From NCBI GenBank assembly GCA_001782805.1, contig MFPT01000019.1, forward strand, positions 1,801-65,800: a DNA stretch of 64,000 nucleotides, written 5' to 3'. The position numbers and the translations under genes are program-made. The first letter of the stretch is position 1, and every line of letters starts with the position of its first letter. The notes below the pieces were generated by a model that had not been told where the DNA came from, made no database searches, and saw only the letters and a list, made by a program, of their open reading frames with translations. Origin of the DNA: Candidatus Magasanikbacteria bacterium RIFCSPHIGHO2_01_FULL_41_23 (GTDB taxonomy: Bacteria; Patescibacteriota; Patescibacteriia; Magasanikbacterales; UBA922). Of the stretch, positions 40,148 to 50,539 are shown piece after piece.

Positions 40148-40669
40148 ATGATTTTATTTATTTACACCATCCTTTTCCTCCTGTACGTTCCCGTCCTCAT
40201 TTTCATGCTCTACACGCTCTACGCCATCGTAAAAGGCGCGCCATATGTGCCCCTGGCGCGAGAAAATGTGATGATTATGATTCAAACTGCTAAACTTAAA
40301 TCAACTGATATTTTTTTTGATTTGGGTTCGGGTGATGGTCGGCTGTTACGCGCGGCCGCGCCATTGGTAAAACAATGTGTGGGAATTGAAATTAATCCTT
40401 TATTGTATTATTGGAGTAGATTTTTGTGTCGGAATTATAAAAATATTACCATTAAACGTCAGGATTTATGGACAACTGATCTCCGTGAGATTAATGTCAT
40501 CAGTTTATTTTTCATTGCTCATAAAATGGATAAACTGGCGATTAAATTAAGTCGTGAGCTTAAAACCGGCGCACGTGTTGTTTCGTATGGTTTTAAATTT
40601 TCCTCATGGAAACCAACGGAAAAAAATGGAAAAGTATATTTATATATTTTTCCCGATTGCGTACTCTAG
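40148..40669 (+). CDS. Membrane-anchored class I SAM-dependent methyltransferase
   Basis: N-terminal TM, GAPYVP, FDLGSGDGR, GIEINP, GARVVS. Confidence 0.88.
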   Translation: MILFIYTILFLLYVPVLIFMLYTLYAIVKGAPYVPLARENVMIMIQTAKLKSTDIFFDLGSGDGRLLRAAAPLVKQCVGIEINPLLYYWSRFLCRNYKNITIKRQDLWTTDLREINVISLFFIAHKMDKLAIKLSRELKTGARVVSYGFKFSSWKPTEKNGKVYLYIFPDCVL

Positions 40670-40708
40670 ACAAGTATGGTACTCTGCATATATCAATCTC
40701 TGTACTTT

Positions 40709-41005
40709 ATGACATTTACGCCACTTGGTGACACACTTAAAAATAAAATTGACAAAAATAGTATTCTTGGCCGTCAATTGGAATCAGCCGGATCAATTGA
40801 AGCCGCAGAAACAGTTTTGCGCGAAATGTTTGGAGATTTGGCTAATCAAGCCAAACCGCTATTTTTAAAAAATCGCACGCTAACCGTCAGTTGTGCCAGT
40901 TCAGCGATTGCTCAGGAAATCAGAGTAAATCAAGTAAAAATCGTGGAAAATATCAACGCGAAACTAGGAAAAAACGAAGTTGACCGTATTCGGTATTTGG
41001 CGTAG
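40709..41005 (+). CDS. DciA/DUF721 family protein
   Basis: PLGDTL, LKNRTLTVSCASSAIAQEIR, INAKLG...VDRIRY. Confidence 0.75.
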   Translation: MTFTPLGDTLKNKIDKNSILGRQLESAGSIEAAETVLREMFGDLANQAKPLFLKNRTLTVSCASSAIAQEIRVNQVKIVENINAKLGKNEVDRIRYLA

Positions 41006-41027
41006 AATAGTTGGATAATACCGCGTT

Positions 41028-41447
41028 ATGACCATCCGTCACTACTTAATAACTATGGCCTTGGCCACACTTTTGTGTTGGCTGTCTTGGATTTTGGTAC
41101 TTATAAATATCGATCCTTTTGTGGCGAATCTTTTTGGGTTAGGATTTTTTTATGTCAGTTTTTTCTTTTCATTAATCGGCACTACGGCTCTTGGTTTATT
41201 TTTTATGTATCAGCATCGTTGGCAGAACAAGGCGCCATTGTTTGCCTATGTGGCGAAAAGTTTTCGGGAAGCCATATTTGTATCCGGATTTCTTACTCTC
41301 GCGATTTTTTTGCAGGGAGAACAATGGTTGAATTGGTGGACAGGATCACTCTTGGCCGCAGGATTTATTTTGTTTTTGTCATTAATAATGTCCTTGGCTC
41401 CGCGACACGAAGCCCGCTCTGATTACTCACCAAATAATTTTGTTTAG
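41028..41447 (+). CDS. Hypothetical 4-TM membrane protein
   Basis: Four hydrophobic helices, NIDP and SFREA motifs; 1 nt before proS. Confidence 0.8.
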   Translation: MTIRHYLITMALATLLCWLSWILVLINIDPFVANLFGLGFFYVSFFFSLIGTTALGLFFMYQHRWQNKAPLFAYVAKSFREAIFVSGFLTLAIFLQGEQWLNWWTGSLLAAGFILFLSLIMSLAPRHEARSDYSPNNFV

Positions 41448-41448
41448 T

Positions 41449-42693
41449 ATGCGTCAATCCCAATTATTTACCAAAACGCAAAAGCAAGTTTCCGAAGAAG
41501 AAGTCAGTGTGAACGCCCAATTATTAATGCGTGCCGGTTTTGTGGATCGTTTATTCGCCGGAGTTTATACCATGTTGCCGCTTGGTTTGCGCGTGCTCGC
41601 TAAAATTGAAAATATTATTCGCGCAGAAATGAATCGTGTTGGCGGACAAGAAGTCTTGATGCCTGCTTTGCATCCCAAAGAAAATTGGTTGGCAACTGGT
41701 CGTTGGGATGCGCTTGATGTATTATTTAAATTAAATGGCAGTGGGGATAAAGAATATGCACTCGGCGCGTCGCACGAAGAAGTCGTGACTCCGCTGGTAA
41801 AAAAATTTGCGTTTTCGTATAAGGATTTGCCGCAAGCTGTCTACCAAATTCAAACTAAATTTCGCAATGAAGCGCGGGCGAAATCCGGAATTTTGCGCGG
41901 ACGTGAATTTCGCATGAAAGACATGTATTCATTTCACCACAATCAGGCTGATTTGGACGAATATTATAGCCAAATGATTGAAGCTTATTGGCGCGTTTAC
42001 ACCCGATGCGGAATTCGCGAACAAACTTATTTGACGTTTGCCTCGGGCGGGACTTTTTCCCAATATTCGCATGAATATCAAACCGTCACGAATGCTGGGG
42101 AAGATTTGATTTATGTTTGCGACCAATGCCAGATTGCCATCAATCAAGAAATTATTGCGGATACCAATAATGCTTGCGGTCAATGTAAAAATACTGATTT
42201 GCGCCAAGTGAAAGCGATTGAAGTCGGTAATATTTTTAAATTGGGTACCAAGTATAGCGCGCCATTTAATTTTACTTATACTGATGAAAATAATACGTCA
42301 CAGCCGGTGATAATGGGTTGTTATGGCATTGGTCCATCACGCGTTATGGGAACAATTGTGGAAGTTCATCACGATGACAAAGGTATAATTTGGCCGGCGG
42401 AAGTGGCTCCATTTACCATTCACTTAATTTCATTGTGCCAAACAAGTAATGATGTGACCATGGCCAATGAATTATATAAAAAATTAACTGATGCGGGTAT
42501 CGAAGTTTTATATGATGATCGGCCGGACGCGCGCGCTGGTGAAAAATTCGCTGACAGCGATTTGTTGGGAATTCCTTTGCGCGTTATTGTCAGTGCGAAA
42601 ACTATCGCTGCGCACACAGTAGAAGTAAAGCCGCGATCCAGCGCTGAATCAAGTTTGACTCCATTGACTGAATTTTTAGCTCGCTATGTTTAA
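41449..42693 (+). CDS. proS: Proline--tRNA ligase (short form lacking the INS editing domain)
   Basis: MRQSQLF, LLMRAGF, SHEE, QIQTKFRNEAR, IEVGNIFKLG, MGCYGIG. Confidence 0.96.
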   Translation: MRQSQLFTKTQKQVSEEEVSVNAQLLMRAGFVDRLFAGVYTMLPLGLRVLAKIENIIRAEMNRVGGQEVLMPALHPKENWLATGRWDALDVLFKLNGSGDKEYALGASHEEVVTPLVKKFAFSYKDLPQAVYQIQTKFRNEARAKSGILRGREFRMKDMYSFHHNQADLDEYYSQMIEAYWRVYTRCGIREQTYLTFASGGTFSQYSHEYQTVTNAGEDLIYVCDQCQIAINQEIIADTNNACGQCKNTDLRQVKAIEVGNIFKLGTKYSAPFNFTYTDENNTSQPVIMGCYGIGPSRVMGTIVEVHHDDKGIIWPAEVAPFTIHLISLCQTSNDVTMANELYKKLTDAGIEVLYDDRPDARAGEKFADSDLLGIPLRVIVSAKTIAAHTVEVKPRSSAESSLTPLTEFLARYV

Positions 42694-43735
42694 ATTTTGG
42701 CAAAGAAATGGCAAGGATCTTGGTGTTGATTTAGGTACGGCCAACACGCGCATTTATACGACTGAAAAAGGAATTACCATCGATGAACCAACTGTTGTGG
42801 CGGTGAACACCAAAACCGAACAGATTTTGGCAGTAGGTGATGAAGCCAAGCAAATGTTGGGCAAGACTCCACCTCATATTTTGGTTACTCGGCCATTGCA
42901 ACACGGCATTATTTCCGATTATGAAGTCGCAGAAAAATTATTGCGTTATTTTATTGATAAAGTTCATGATGGCGGATTGTCCATGCTGTCCCGTCCGCGC
43001 GTAATTGTTGGCGTGCCGCTTAACGTGACCGAAGTGGAAGCCAAAGCAGTTGAAGATGCGATTATAGGGGCCGGAGCGCGCGAGGTTTTTATTGTCCAAG
43101 AACCAATTCTCGCCGCTATTGGCGGTCGAATGCCGATTGAAGATCCGGTCGGTAATTTATTGGTGGATATTGGCGCCGGTAAAACCGAAATCGCGGTCAT
43201 TTCTCTGCATGGAATCGTGACCTGGAAATCAACTCCTATTGCCGGCGAAGAAATGAACAAAAATATTGTCCAATATGCGCGCGAAGTTTTTAATTTATTT
43301 GTGGGTGAAGCGCACGCTGAATACATTAAAATGAAAGTAGGCGCTTTGGTTGCAGGCGGGGAAATTTTGCAAATTCCCATGCGTGGTCGCGATGTTATGT
43401 CCGGTCTTCCTAAAGAAGTAATTATCACTGACGCGCATATTCGCGAAGCGCTTGATCGTTCAGTGCGTACGATTATTGATCATATTAAAATGACTCTGGA
43501 AGTTACGCCTCCGGAATTAACAGCTGATATTCATGAGCGCGGAATGCTTTTGACCGGTGGTGGCGCGCTTATTTCCGGTCTTGATCGATTGATCGCGCAG
43601 GCCACCGATATTCCCGTACGCATTGCGGATGATCCGCTTTCGGCTGTAGTGCGAGGGACGGCTGTTCTTCTGGAAAATTCAGTTCTCCTTCATTTGGTTC
43701 GTTTGCCTTCGGCTCGCCAATCCATTCGTTCCTAA
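42686..43735 (+). CDS. mreB: Rod shape-determining protein MreB
   Basis: VDLGTANT, EPTVVA, VDIGAGKTE, TPPEL, LTGGGA. Confidence 0.95.
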   Translation: MFKFWQRNGKDLGVDLGTANTRIYTTEKGITIDEPTVVAVNTKTEQILAVGDEAKQMLGKTPPHILVTRPLQHGIISDYEVAEKLLRYFIDKVHDGGLSMLSRPRVIVGVPLNVTEVEAKAVEDAIIGAGAREVFIVQEPILAAIGGRMPIEDPVGNLLVDIGAGKTEIAVISLHGIVTWKSTPIAGEEMNKNIVQYAREVFNLFVGEAHAEYIKMKVGALVAGGEILQIPMRGRDVMSGLPKEVIITDAHIREALDRSVRTIIDHIKMTLEVTPPELTADIHERGMLLTGGGALISGLDRLIAQATDIPVRIADDPLSAVVRGTAVLLENSVLLHLVRLPSARQSIRS

Positions 43736-43744
43736 TTTTTTAAT

Positions 43745-44497
43745 ATGCGACGTCGCTTAGTTACGGCGTTAATGATTATCGCAGTGTTGCTGCTGTTGAT
43801 TTTTTTGCGTAAGTATGGTTATCTTAATTTTTTTGAAAGCACTGTTCGTCTGGTAACTGATACGGTTTTAAAAAAAATGTATCAAGCCTCAATCACGGCG
43901 GAAATGGTTGAAAAAAATAACTCGGTTGAATTAACGGCCTGCATTGCCGAGGATACTAAAATTCGTTTGCTGGAAGAAGAAAATACCAATTTGCGTGATC
44001 AATTAAAATTTTCTGAAAAAAATAATGTCAGTCTTGGCGCGGATGTGATTGGTCGTGATTTGGATCCGCTTGGTACAACGCTGATTATCAATCGCGGTGT
44101 CAGCGATCGTGTGGCAATCAATCAGCCGGTAATTTTGGGAAATGGTTTTTTGATTGGAAAAATAGTTCGTGTTGAAGCGCATACGGCCGTAGTTCGTCTT
44201 TTGAGTGATTATCAAAGTAAAGTTGCGGCCACAGTAATGAATCGGGAAAAAAGTTTGGGTTTGGTGATTGGTGGTTATGGTCTAACCATTAAATTGGATT
44301 TGATTCCGCAAAATGAAGTTATTCAACCGGGCGATGTCATCATCACTTCCGGTTTGGAGGCGGGGATTCCGCGTGGTTTGGTGATTGGCATGGTTGAAGT
44401 CGTGGAAAAAAAACCGCAAGAACCATTTCAGCAAGCGGTTCTTAAAACCAGCGCTGATCTGCACAATATAAGTGTAGTTTCAATAATTTTTAATTAA
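43745..44497 (+). CDS. mreC: Rod shape-determining protein MreC
   Basis: LEEENTNLR, INRG, GDVIITSG, IPRGLVIG. Confidence 0.92.
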   Translation: MRRRLVTALMIIAVLLLLIFLRKYGYLNFFESTVRLVTDTVLKKMYQASITAEMVEKNNSVELTACIAEDTKIRLLEEENTNLRDQLKFSEKNNVSLGADVIGRDLDPLGTTLIINRGVSDRVAINQPVILGNGFLIGKIVRVEAHTAVVRLLSDYQSKVAATVMNREKSLGLVIGGYGLTIKLDLIPQNEVIQPGDVIITSGLEAGIPRGLVIGMVEVVEKKPQEPFQQAVLKTSADLHNISVVSIIFN

Positions 44498-44500
44498 GTT

Positions 44501-45043
44501 ATGAAGCATAGTTTTATTTTTTTGCCGTTATGGCTTTTGGCTGTGCCACTTCTGTTCTTTTTGCATGTGGCCGTGATTATTTTTTTGCCGTATCCATTTT
44601 CAGAAATTAATGTGCTGGCCACTGCCGTTGTAATGGCCGTAATAATTACGGAAAGCGGAGCGGTAGTGTGGTGGACATTTTGTCTTTTTTATCTTTTTGA
44701 TTGGTATACAGTGGGACCGTTTGGTTTGGTATTGTCAGCCGCGGTTTTAGCGGCACTTGTTTTATTTTGGTTGTATCGCGGTATATTATCTAATCGCGAA
44801 TTTTGGTCAGCGGCTATTTTGGTCGCGGTATTTTTGATTTTTTTCAGAATTTTCAGCGCCGGATTTTTCTGGTTGCGCGCTGTTGATCAGTCCGGTCTTA
44901 TCGCGTCGTTATTTCGCAGCGTGACTGTCGAAATTTTTGTCACGGCTTCTTTTGTGTCAGTTTGGTATTTACTGCTGGCGCGCTTTTTGCCCAGTTTAAA
45001 AGTAACTCATGCCAAACGTATGAATCTCTATGCCAAAAACTGA
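44501..45043 (+). CDS. mreD: MreD-like membrane protein
   Basis: Multi-TM protein between mreC and mrdA. Confidence 0.65.
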   Translation: MKHSFIFLPLWLLAVPLLFFLHVAVIIFLPYPFSEINVLATAVVMAVIITESGAVVWWTFCLFYLFDWYTVGPFGLVLSAAVLAALVLFWLYRGILSNREFWSAAILVAVFLIFFRIFSAGFFWLRAVDQSGLIASLFRSVTVEIFVTASFVSVWYLLLARFLPSLKVTHAKRMNLYAKN

Positions 45044-46943
45044 TTGGGTTGAAGATTCTTATCAGCCGAATCTTCTTGAACAAACTAAAGATTTTATTAC
45101 TCGAGGCACTTCTCATGTCGGCAGTAGTTTAGGGAAAAATCGTTTAAATTGGCTTTTGGCGTTGACTCTAACGCTATTATTTTTGTTAGGTTTGCGATTA
45201 GTTTGGCTGCAAATATGGCGTGGCGATGAGTATCGTTTGTTGGCTATCAATAATAGCGAGCGCATTATTCCAATTCCGGCTGAACGTGGTCTTTTGTTCG
45301 ATCGCCATGGTAAGCAATTGGTGGATAATGTGCCGAGTTTTTCCTTATATTTATTACCTCAGGATTTGCCTCGAGATTCGACAGCTCGTCAATATATTAT
45401 TGACCAAGCGGCCAGCCTAAGCAATAAAAGCCAGACGGAAATTAAAGAATTAATTGATCAATATAAAAGTTACAGTCAGGATTCAATTGTGATTAAAGAG
45501 GACATTGATTATGAAACTGCTTTACAATTGCAAGTTGCGAGCACGGATATTCCCAGTATTTTTATTGCGCAAGGCAGTAAGCGTTGGTATGGGATGCATT
45601 CTGCCACTTCCAGCACAGCTTTGCCCAGTTCTTTATCGCATATACTTGGTTATACGGGCAAACTGGACGCTGCTGAGTTGAAAAAATTGTATAGTCAAGG
45701 ATATATACCAACTGATTCAATTGGCAAAACCGGAATTGAAAAAGAATATGAATCAAATGTGCGCGGAGTTAATGGCCGTCGACGCTTGCAAGTCAACGCG
45801 CGCGGCAAAGAACAGGCGGTTTTGGGTGAAATCGCTGCCGTATCCGGCGCTCAGCTGGAGTTAACGATTGATCTTCTTTATCAGGAAAAATTACAGAATA
45901 TAATGCAATCTTCTTTGGAAAAGGCAGGAAAAAGTCGAGCGGCAGGCATTGTTACCAATCTCAAGGGAGAAATTTTGGCATTGGTAAGTCTGCCCACTTT
46001 TGATGATAATGATTTTTCCGGCGGTATTTCCACCACTACGTACAAAAAATATCTTGAAGATGAAAATCATCCGTTATTTAATCGGGCAATTTCTGGTCTC
46101 TATCCTTCCGGTTCAACAATTAAACCGGTCGTAGCCGCCGCCGCGTTGGAAGAACATATAATCGATCGCTCCACCACTTTTTTGAGTACAGGCGGAGTAC
46201 AAGTGGGGCAGTGGTTTTTTCCTGATTGGAAAGCGGGCGGTCATGGAATAACGAATGTCACCAAGTCACTCGCGTGGTCAGTTAATACATTTTATTATTA
46301 TATTGGCGGCGGTTTTCAGACGTTTAATGGTTTAGGCGCAGACCGTTTGGCTGGATATTTACGTCGGTTTGGTTTGGGAAGTATTTTGGGAATTGATTTG
46401 CCCGGCGAGTCAGCCGGTTTTGTTCCAACTAAAGCTTGGAAAGAAGAGCGCAAAAATGAGCCATGGTATATTGGAGATACCTACAATTTGTCAATTGGCC
46501 AAGGTGATTTGTTAGTAACACCGTTGCAAATTGCGGCGCAAACTTTGGCCATTGCCAATGGCGGAACATTGTATGTTCCTAGCGTTGGTAAAACATTAAT
46601 TAATCCTATTACCGGAGAACGGCATGATTTTAAGCCCAAAGTTCTTCGTACTTCTTTGGCCAGTTCGGAAACAATAAATATTATTCGCAGTGGTATGCGT
46701 GACTGTGTGGTTTATGGTTCATGCAGTCAGCTTGGTTCATTGCTATTTTCCAGTGCCGGTAAAACCGGTACAGCCCAATGGAACCAAGCCAAGGAAAATC
46801 ACGCGTGGTTTACTTCGTTTGCTCCATTTGATAAGCCGGAAATTACTGTAACTATTTTAGTGGAAGAAGGCGGAGAAGGAAGTCGTATTTCCTTACCGAT
46901 TGCCAAGGAGTTTTATGCTTGGTGGTGGAAAGAATCCCGATAA
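45030..46943 (+). CDS. mrdA: Penicillin-binding protein 2
   Basis: AERGLLFDR, SxxK (GSTIK), SxN (SVN), KTGTAQ. Confidence 0.95.
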   Translation: MPKTDWVEDSYQPNLLEQTKDFITRGTSHVGSSLGKNRLNWLLALTLTLLFLLGLRLVWLQIWRGDEYRLLAINNSERIIPIPAERGLLFDRHGKQLVDNVPSFSLYLLPQDLPRDSTARQYIIDQAASLSNKSQTEIKELIDQYKSYSQDSIVIKEDIDYETALQLQVASTDIPSIFIAQGSKRWYGMHSATSSTALPSSLSHILGYTGKLDAAELKKLYSQGYIPTDSIGKTGIEKEYESNVRGVNGRRRLQVNARGKEQAVLGEIAAVSGAQLELTIDLLYQEKLQNIMQSSLEKAGKSRAAGIVTNLKGEILALVSLPTFDDNDFSGGISTTTYKKYLEDENHPLFNRAISGLYPSGSTIKPVVAAAALEEHIIDRSTTFLSTGGVQVGQWFFPDWKAGGHGITNVTKSLAWSVNTFYYYIGGGFQTFNGLGADRLAGYLRRFGLGSILGIDLPGESAGFVPTKAWKEERKNEPWYIGDTYNLSIGQGDLLVTPLQIAAQTLAIANGGTLYVPSVGKTLINPITGERHDFKPKVLRTSLASSETINIIRSGMRDCVVYGSCSQLGSLLFSSAGKTGTAQWNQAKENHAWFTSFAPFDKPEITVTILVEEGGEGSRISLPIAKEFYAWWWKESR

Positions 46944-46954
46944 TACTAGGATTC

Positions 46955-46983
46955 TTGACCCGGAGGACAAATTTCGCTATGAT
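46955..46983 (+). promoter_or_regulatory. sigma70-type promoter of the greA-lysS operon
   Basis: TTGACC-17 bp-TATGAT. Confidence 0.65.
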
Positions 46984-47042
46984 TACTATATCCGCTATAT
47001 TAGACGGATATATTTTAAGTTTAAATAATCGCAGTGGTTTTT

Positions 47043-47516
47043 ATGTCAGCTCCTCAATATATGAGTTTGGAAAAGTTGTCTGCTCTACGCGCTGAATCAA
47101 CTGAAATCAAAAGTGTGAAAATTCCTTTAATTGCTCGTCGCATTGATGAAGCTAGGCAAATGGGTGATTTGTCCGAGAACGCGGAATATCACGCGGCACG
47201 CGAAGAAATGTCTTGGGCGCGCGCTCGATTTGAAGAATTATCATTTATTTTGGAAAACGCGATTGTGATTGAAGAGGCTCAAAACACTGCCAAAAAAGGA
47301 GCTACCGTACAGCTTGGTTCAACTATTATCGTCTCTATTAATAATAAAGAAAAAACATATATGATTGTTGGTGCTCAAGAGGCTGATCCGGGAGCTGGAA
47401 AAATTTCCAATGAATCTCCGCTGGGTCAGGCTTTTTTAGGCAAAGCCAAAGGTGACCCGGTTGAAGTAAAAGTCCCGTCAGGCATGCAGGTCTATACCAT
47501 TACTGAAATAAAATAA
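47043..47516 (+). CDS. greA: Transcription elongation factor GreA
   Basis: GDLSENAEYHAA, GKISNESPLG. Confidence 0.97.
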   Translation: MSAPQYMSLEKLSALRAESTEIKSVKIPLIARRIDEARQMGDLSENAEYHAAREEMSWARARFEELSFILENAIVIEEAQNTAKKGATVQLGSTIIVSINNKEKTYMIVGAQEADPGAGKISNESPLGQAFLGKAKGDPVEVKVPSGMQVYTITEIK

Positions 47517-47537
47517 TAATTTGGCATTTTAATTACT

Positions 47538-49025
47538 ATGTCAGACATCAAATCGTCCATTGATATTAATGATGAGTTTTCCATTCGGCTTAATAAATTG
47601 CGCGAATTGGAAGCAGTCGGACGTCTGGGATATCCGGCGCGTTCTCATCGTTTGCAAATAATTAAAGACGCGCTTTTGGTTGAGCCAGATAAAGAAGTAA
47701 CAATTGCTGGCCGTATTATCACCAAACGTGACATGGGTAAATTGACGTTTTGTCATATTCAGGATGAGTCAGGTAGGATGCAAGTGGCATTAAAAAAAGA
47801 TGAATTACCCGATGTTGACTACACTACTTTTATTAAGAAAATTGATGTCGGTGACATTGTTCAGATCCGCGGTGAGCGGTTTGTGACGCACAAAGGCGAA
47901 GAATCTATTCTCGTACGCGAGTGGACTTTATTGTCCAAGGCTTTGCTCCCCATGCCGGAAAAATTTCATGGTTTGTCTGACATTGAAGTGCGCTATCGTC
48001 AACGCTACCTGGATTTAATGTCCAATCCGGAATCAATGCGGATCGCCGTGGTGCGTAGTAATGTGGTCCGCGCCTTGCGTAGTTATTTTGACGCGCGTGG
48101 TTTTTATGAAGTGGAAACACCAATTTTACAAACCCTGTACGGTGGTGCTTTGGCCAAGCCGTTTGTTACGCATCACAACGCGCTCGACATCCCGTTGTAT
48201 TTGCGCATTGCGCCGGAATTATATTTGAAGCGTTTGATTGTCGGTGGTTTTGAAAAAGTGTATGAAGTCGCAAAATGTTTTCGCAATGAGGGTATTGATC
48301 ACAACCACAATCCGGAATTTACGCAAATTGAATTTTATTGGGCGTACGCGGATTACACTATGCTCATGGATTTGATGGAAGATTTGTTGCCGACGTTAAT
48401 TAAGGCCGCCGGTTTGCCTTTGAAATTTACGACCAATGGGGCTGAAGTGGATTTCACGCCGCCGTATCCTCGCGTTTCCTTGCGTGATTTAGTTAAGCAA
48501 TACGCCAAAATTGACATTGAAGAATATCCGGACGCGGCATCAATGCTCGCGGTGGCGAAAAAATTAGACGTTGACGGCGTGGACGAGACACTTGATCGTG
48601 GTACATTGGTTGACGAAATTTACAAAAAATACGCGCGGCCGTTTATTATCAATCCCATTTTTATGATTGATCATCCGGTGGAATTGTCACCACTGGCTAA
48701 ACGAAAATTTGACGCGCCGAATTATGTTGAGCGTTTTCAACTGTTGTGCGTGGGTGGTAATGAGCTCTGCAATGCGTTCACAGAATTGAATGATCCGATT
48801 GATCAAGAGGCACGGTTCAAAGAACAAGTGGCCAATAAAGAAGCGGGGAATGAAGAAAGTATGCCCTATGACGAAGATTTCGTGACCGCGCTCAAGCACG
48901 CCATGCCGCCCACGGCTGGTTTGGGTATGGGAATCGATCGCTTGATTAAATTACTGGTTGACGCGCCTAATTTGAAAGAAGTAATTTTGTTCCCGACATT
49001 GAAGCCGGTTGAGAGAAAAGAGTAG
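47538..49025 (+). CDS. lysS: Lysine--tRNA ligase (class II)
   Basis: RYRQRYLDL, YLRIAPELYLKRL, FRNEG, HNPEFT, GMGIDRL. Confidence 0.97.
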   Translation: MSDIKSSIDINDEFSIRLNKLRELEAVGRLGYPARSHRLQIIKDALLVEPDKEVTIAGRIITKRDMGKLTFCHIQDESGRMQVALKKDELPDVDYTTFIKKIDVGDIVQIRGERFVTHKGEESILVREWTLLSKALLPMPEKFHGLSDIEVRYRQRYLDLMSNPESMRIAVVRSNVVRALRSYFDARGFYEVETPILQTLYGGALAKPFVTHHNALDIPLYLRIAPELYLKRLIVGGFEKVYEVAKCFRNEGIDHNHNPEFTQIEFYWAYADYTMLMDLMEDLLPTLIKAAGLPLKFTTNGAEVDFTPPYPRVSLRDLVKQYAKIDIEEYPDAASMLAVAKKLDVDGVDETLDRGTLVDEIYKKYARPFIINPIFMIDHPVELSPLAKRKFDAPNYVERFQLLCVGGNELCNAFTELNDPIDQEARFKEQVANKEAGNEESMPYDEDFVTALKHAMPPTAGLGMGIDRLIKLLVDAPNLKEVILFPTLKPVERKE

Positions 49026-49076
49026 TAATTATATGGATATAACACTCAACATTGAATTTGAAAAAGCAGTCCATGT

Positions 49077-49496
49077 ATGAAAACGGTGATGGTATTCGGA
49101 ACATTCGATATTTTGCACGTTGGCCACTTGGATTTTTTTAAGCAAGCGAGAAAATTGGGTGATTATTTGTTGGTTGTAGTCGCGCGTGATGTGAATGTAA
49201 AAAAAATTAAACAAAATGAAGCGATTAATAATGAAAAAGAACGGTTGGAATTACTCCAACATATTGATTTGATTGACAAAGCGATCTGGGGCGATACGCG
49301 CGATGTGTATAAAGTCATCCGTACATACAAGCCAGACGTTATCGCGCTTGGTTATGACCAAAAAGAATTTACGGATACATTAAAAGACAAAATGAAGGAA
49401 TTTAAATTATCTACGAATGTTGTGCGTCTCAAACCATACCACGCCGAAAATAAAAAAAGCGGCAAAATAAAATCCATTCTTCTCAAAAGTTTATGA
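49077..49496 (+). CDS. HxGH nucleotidyltransferase (RibL/cytidylyltransferase-like)
   Basis: GTFDILHVGH, VVARD, KPDVIALGYDQ. Confidence 0.85.
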   Translation: MKTVMVFGTFDILHVGHLDFFKQARKLGDYLLVVVARDVNVKKIKQNEAINNEKERLELLQHIDLIDKAIWGDTRDVYKVIRTYKPDVIALGYDQKEFTDTLKDKMKEFKLSTNVVRLKPYHAENKKSGKIKSILLKSL

Positions 49497-50533
49497 TGCG
49501 TGAGCTCCTCATTGCGACAACTAACCAGCACAAAATCACCGAGATTAAGGCTTTTTTGGAGCACATGCCATTTACGTTTTTATTGTTATCAGATCTTAAA
49601 GAATCTATCCCAGCCCCTGAAGAAATAGGGGAAACTATTTCCGAGAACGCCGTGCTTAAAGCCCGTTATTACGCGCAAAAGTCCGGTATGTTAACTTTAG
49701 CTGACGATACCGGACTTTTTATTGATGCTCTTGAGGGCTGGCCAGGCGTAATGAGCGCGCGCGTGGGATCAACGAGTACAGAGCAAACAGATTTAACATT
49801 GCAGAAAATGGAGGAAGTTCCGGAAGACAAACGCACGGCTCACTTTGAATCCGTAACCGCTTTGGTTGATCCGGAATCAAATGTAGAATTTATTGCTCAT
49901 GGTGTAACGCAGGGAAAAATTTTGACCAAGCCGGTTGAGCATCCAAATCCGTTTGGTTTTGATCCGATTTTTTATCTTCCCGAAATGGGGAAATCGTACG
50001 CTGAATTAACGACCGTAGAAAAAAATGCGGTGTCGCATCGTGGCAAAGCGTTAATTCGTATCAAGCATCATTTGCAAAATACCTACGTGGCCAAACACAT
50101 TGTCGTGCCATTTGCCTTAATTATCAAAGACGGCCGAGTATTAATGAATTTGCGTAATGATCCGCACCGACCGGAATATCACAACAAATGGGAATTTCCC
50201 GGTGGAAAAGTTGAATTTGGCGAGACTATGCATGGCAACTTGATTCGTGAAGTGAGAGAAGAAGTGGGATATGATGTGCAAATTGTCAAAATGCTTCAGG
50301 ATATTGCTGTGGAAAGTCAAATGCAAAAAACCTACGCGTATCAGGTTTTTCTCGTTCCCTATGTTTGTAAAATTATTGGCGGCGATGGAAAGTTTTCCGA
50401 CGGCGAAGTTTTGGAAACGCGTTGGTTTGATGTCGATGACGTTTTGAATTATGAACTGATCGGGGAGAACGAAAGGATGTATCGGGCGTTTTTGCCGGAA
50501 TTAAAAGAAACCATAAAAAATTATCAATTATAA
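49493..50533 (+). CDS. rdgB: RdgB/Ham1 non-canonical NTP pyrophosphatase fused to a Nudix hydrolase
   Basis: ATTNQHK, ADDTGL, FGFDPIF, KNAVSHRGKA; Nudix box GGKVEFGETMHGNLIREVREEVGY. Confidence 0.9.
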   Translation: MMRELLIATTNQHKITEIKAFLEHMPFTFLLLSDLKESIPAPEEIGETISENAVLKARYYAQKSGMLTLADDTGLFIDALEGWPGVMSARVGSTSTEQTDLTLQKMEEVPEDKRTAHFESVTALVDPESNVEFIAHGVTQGKILTKPVEHPNPFGFDPIFYLPEMGKSYAELTTVEKNAVSHRGKALIRIKHHLQNTYVAKHIVVPFALIIKDGRVLMNLRNDPHRPEYHNKWEFPGGKVEFGETMHGNLIREVREEVGYDVQIVKMLQDIAVESQMQKTYAYQVFLVPYVCKIIGGDGKFSDGEVLETRWFDVDDVLNYELIGENERMYRAFLPELKETIKNYQL

Positions 50534-50539
50534 TTGTAT

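Noticed and set aside
45376-45392. TTCGACAGCTCG in mrdA resembling the 24-nt element
   Set aside because: No flanking 4-bp stem or tag, and no apparent length increase in the protein
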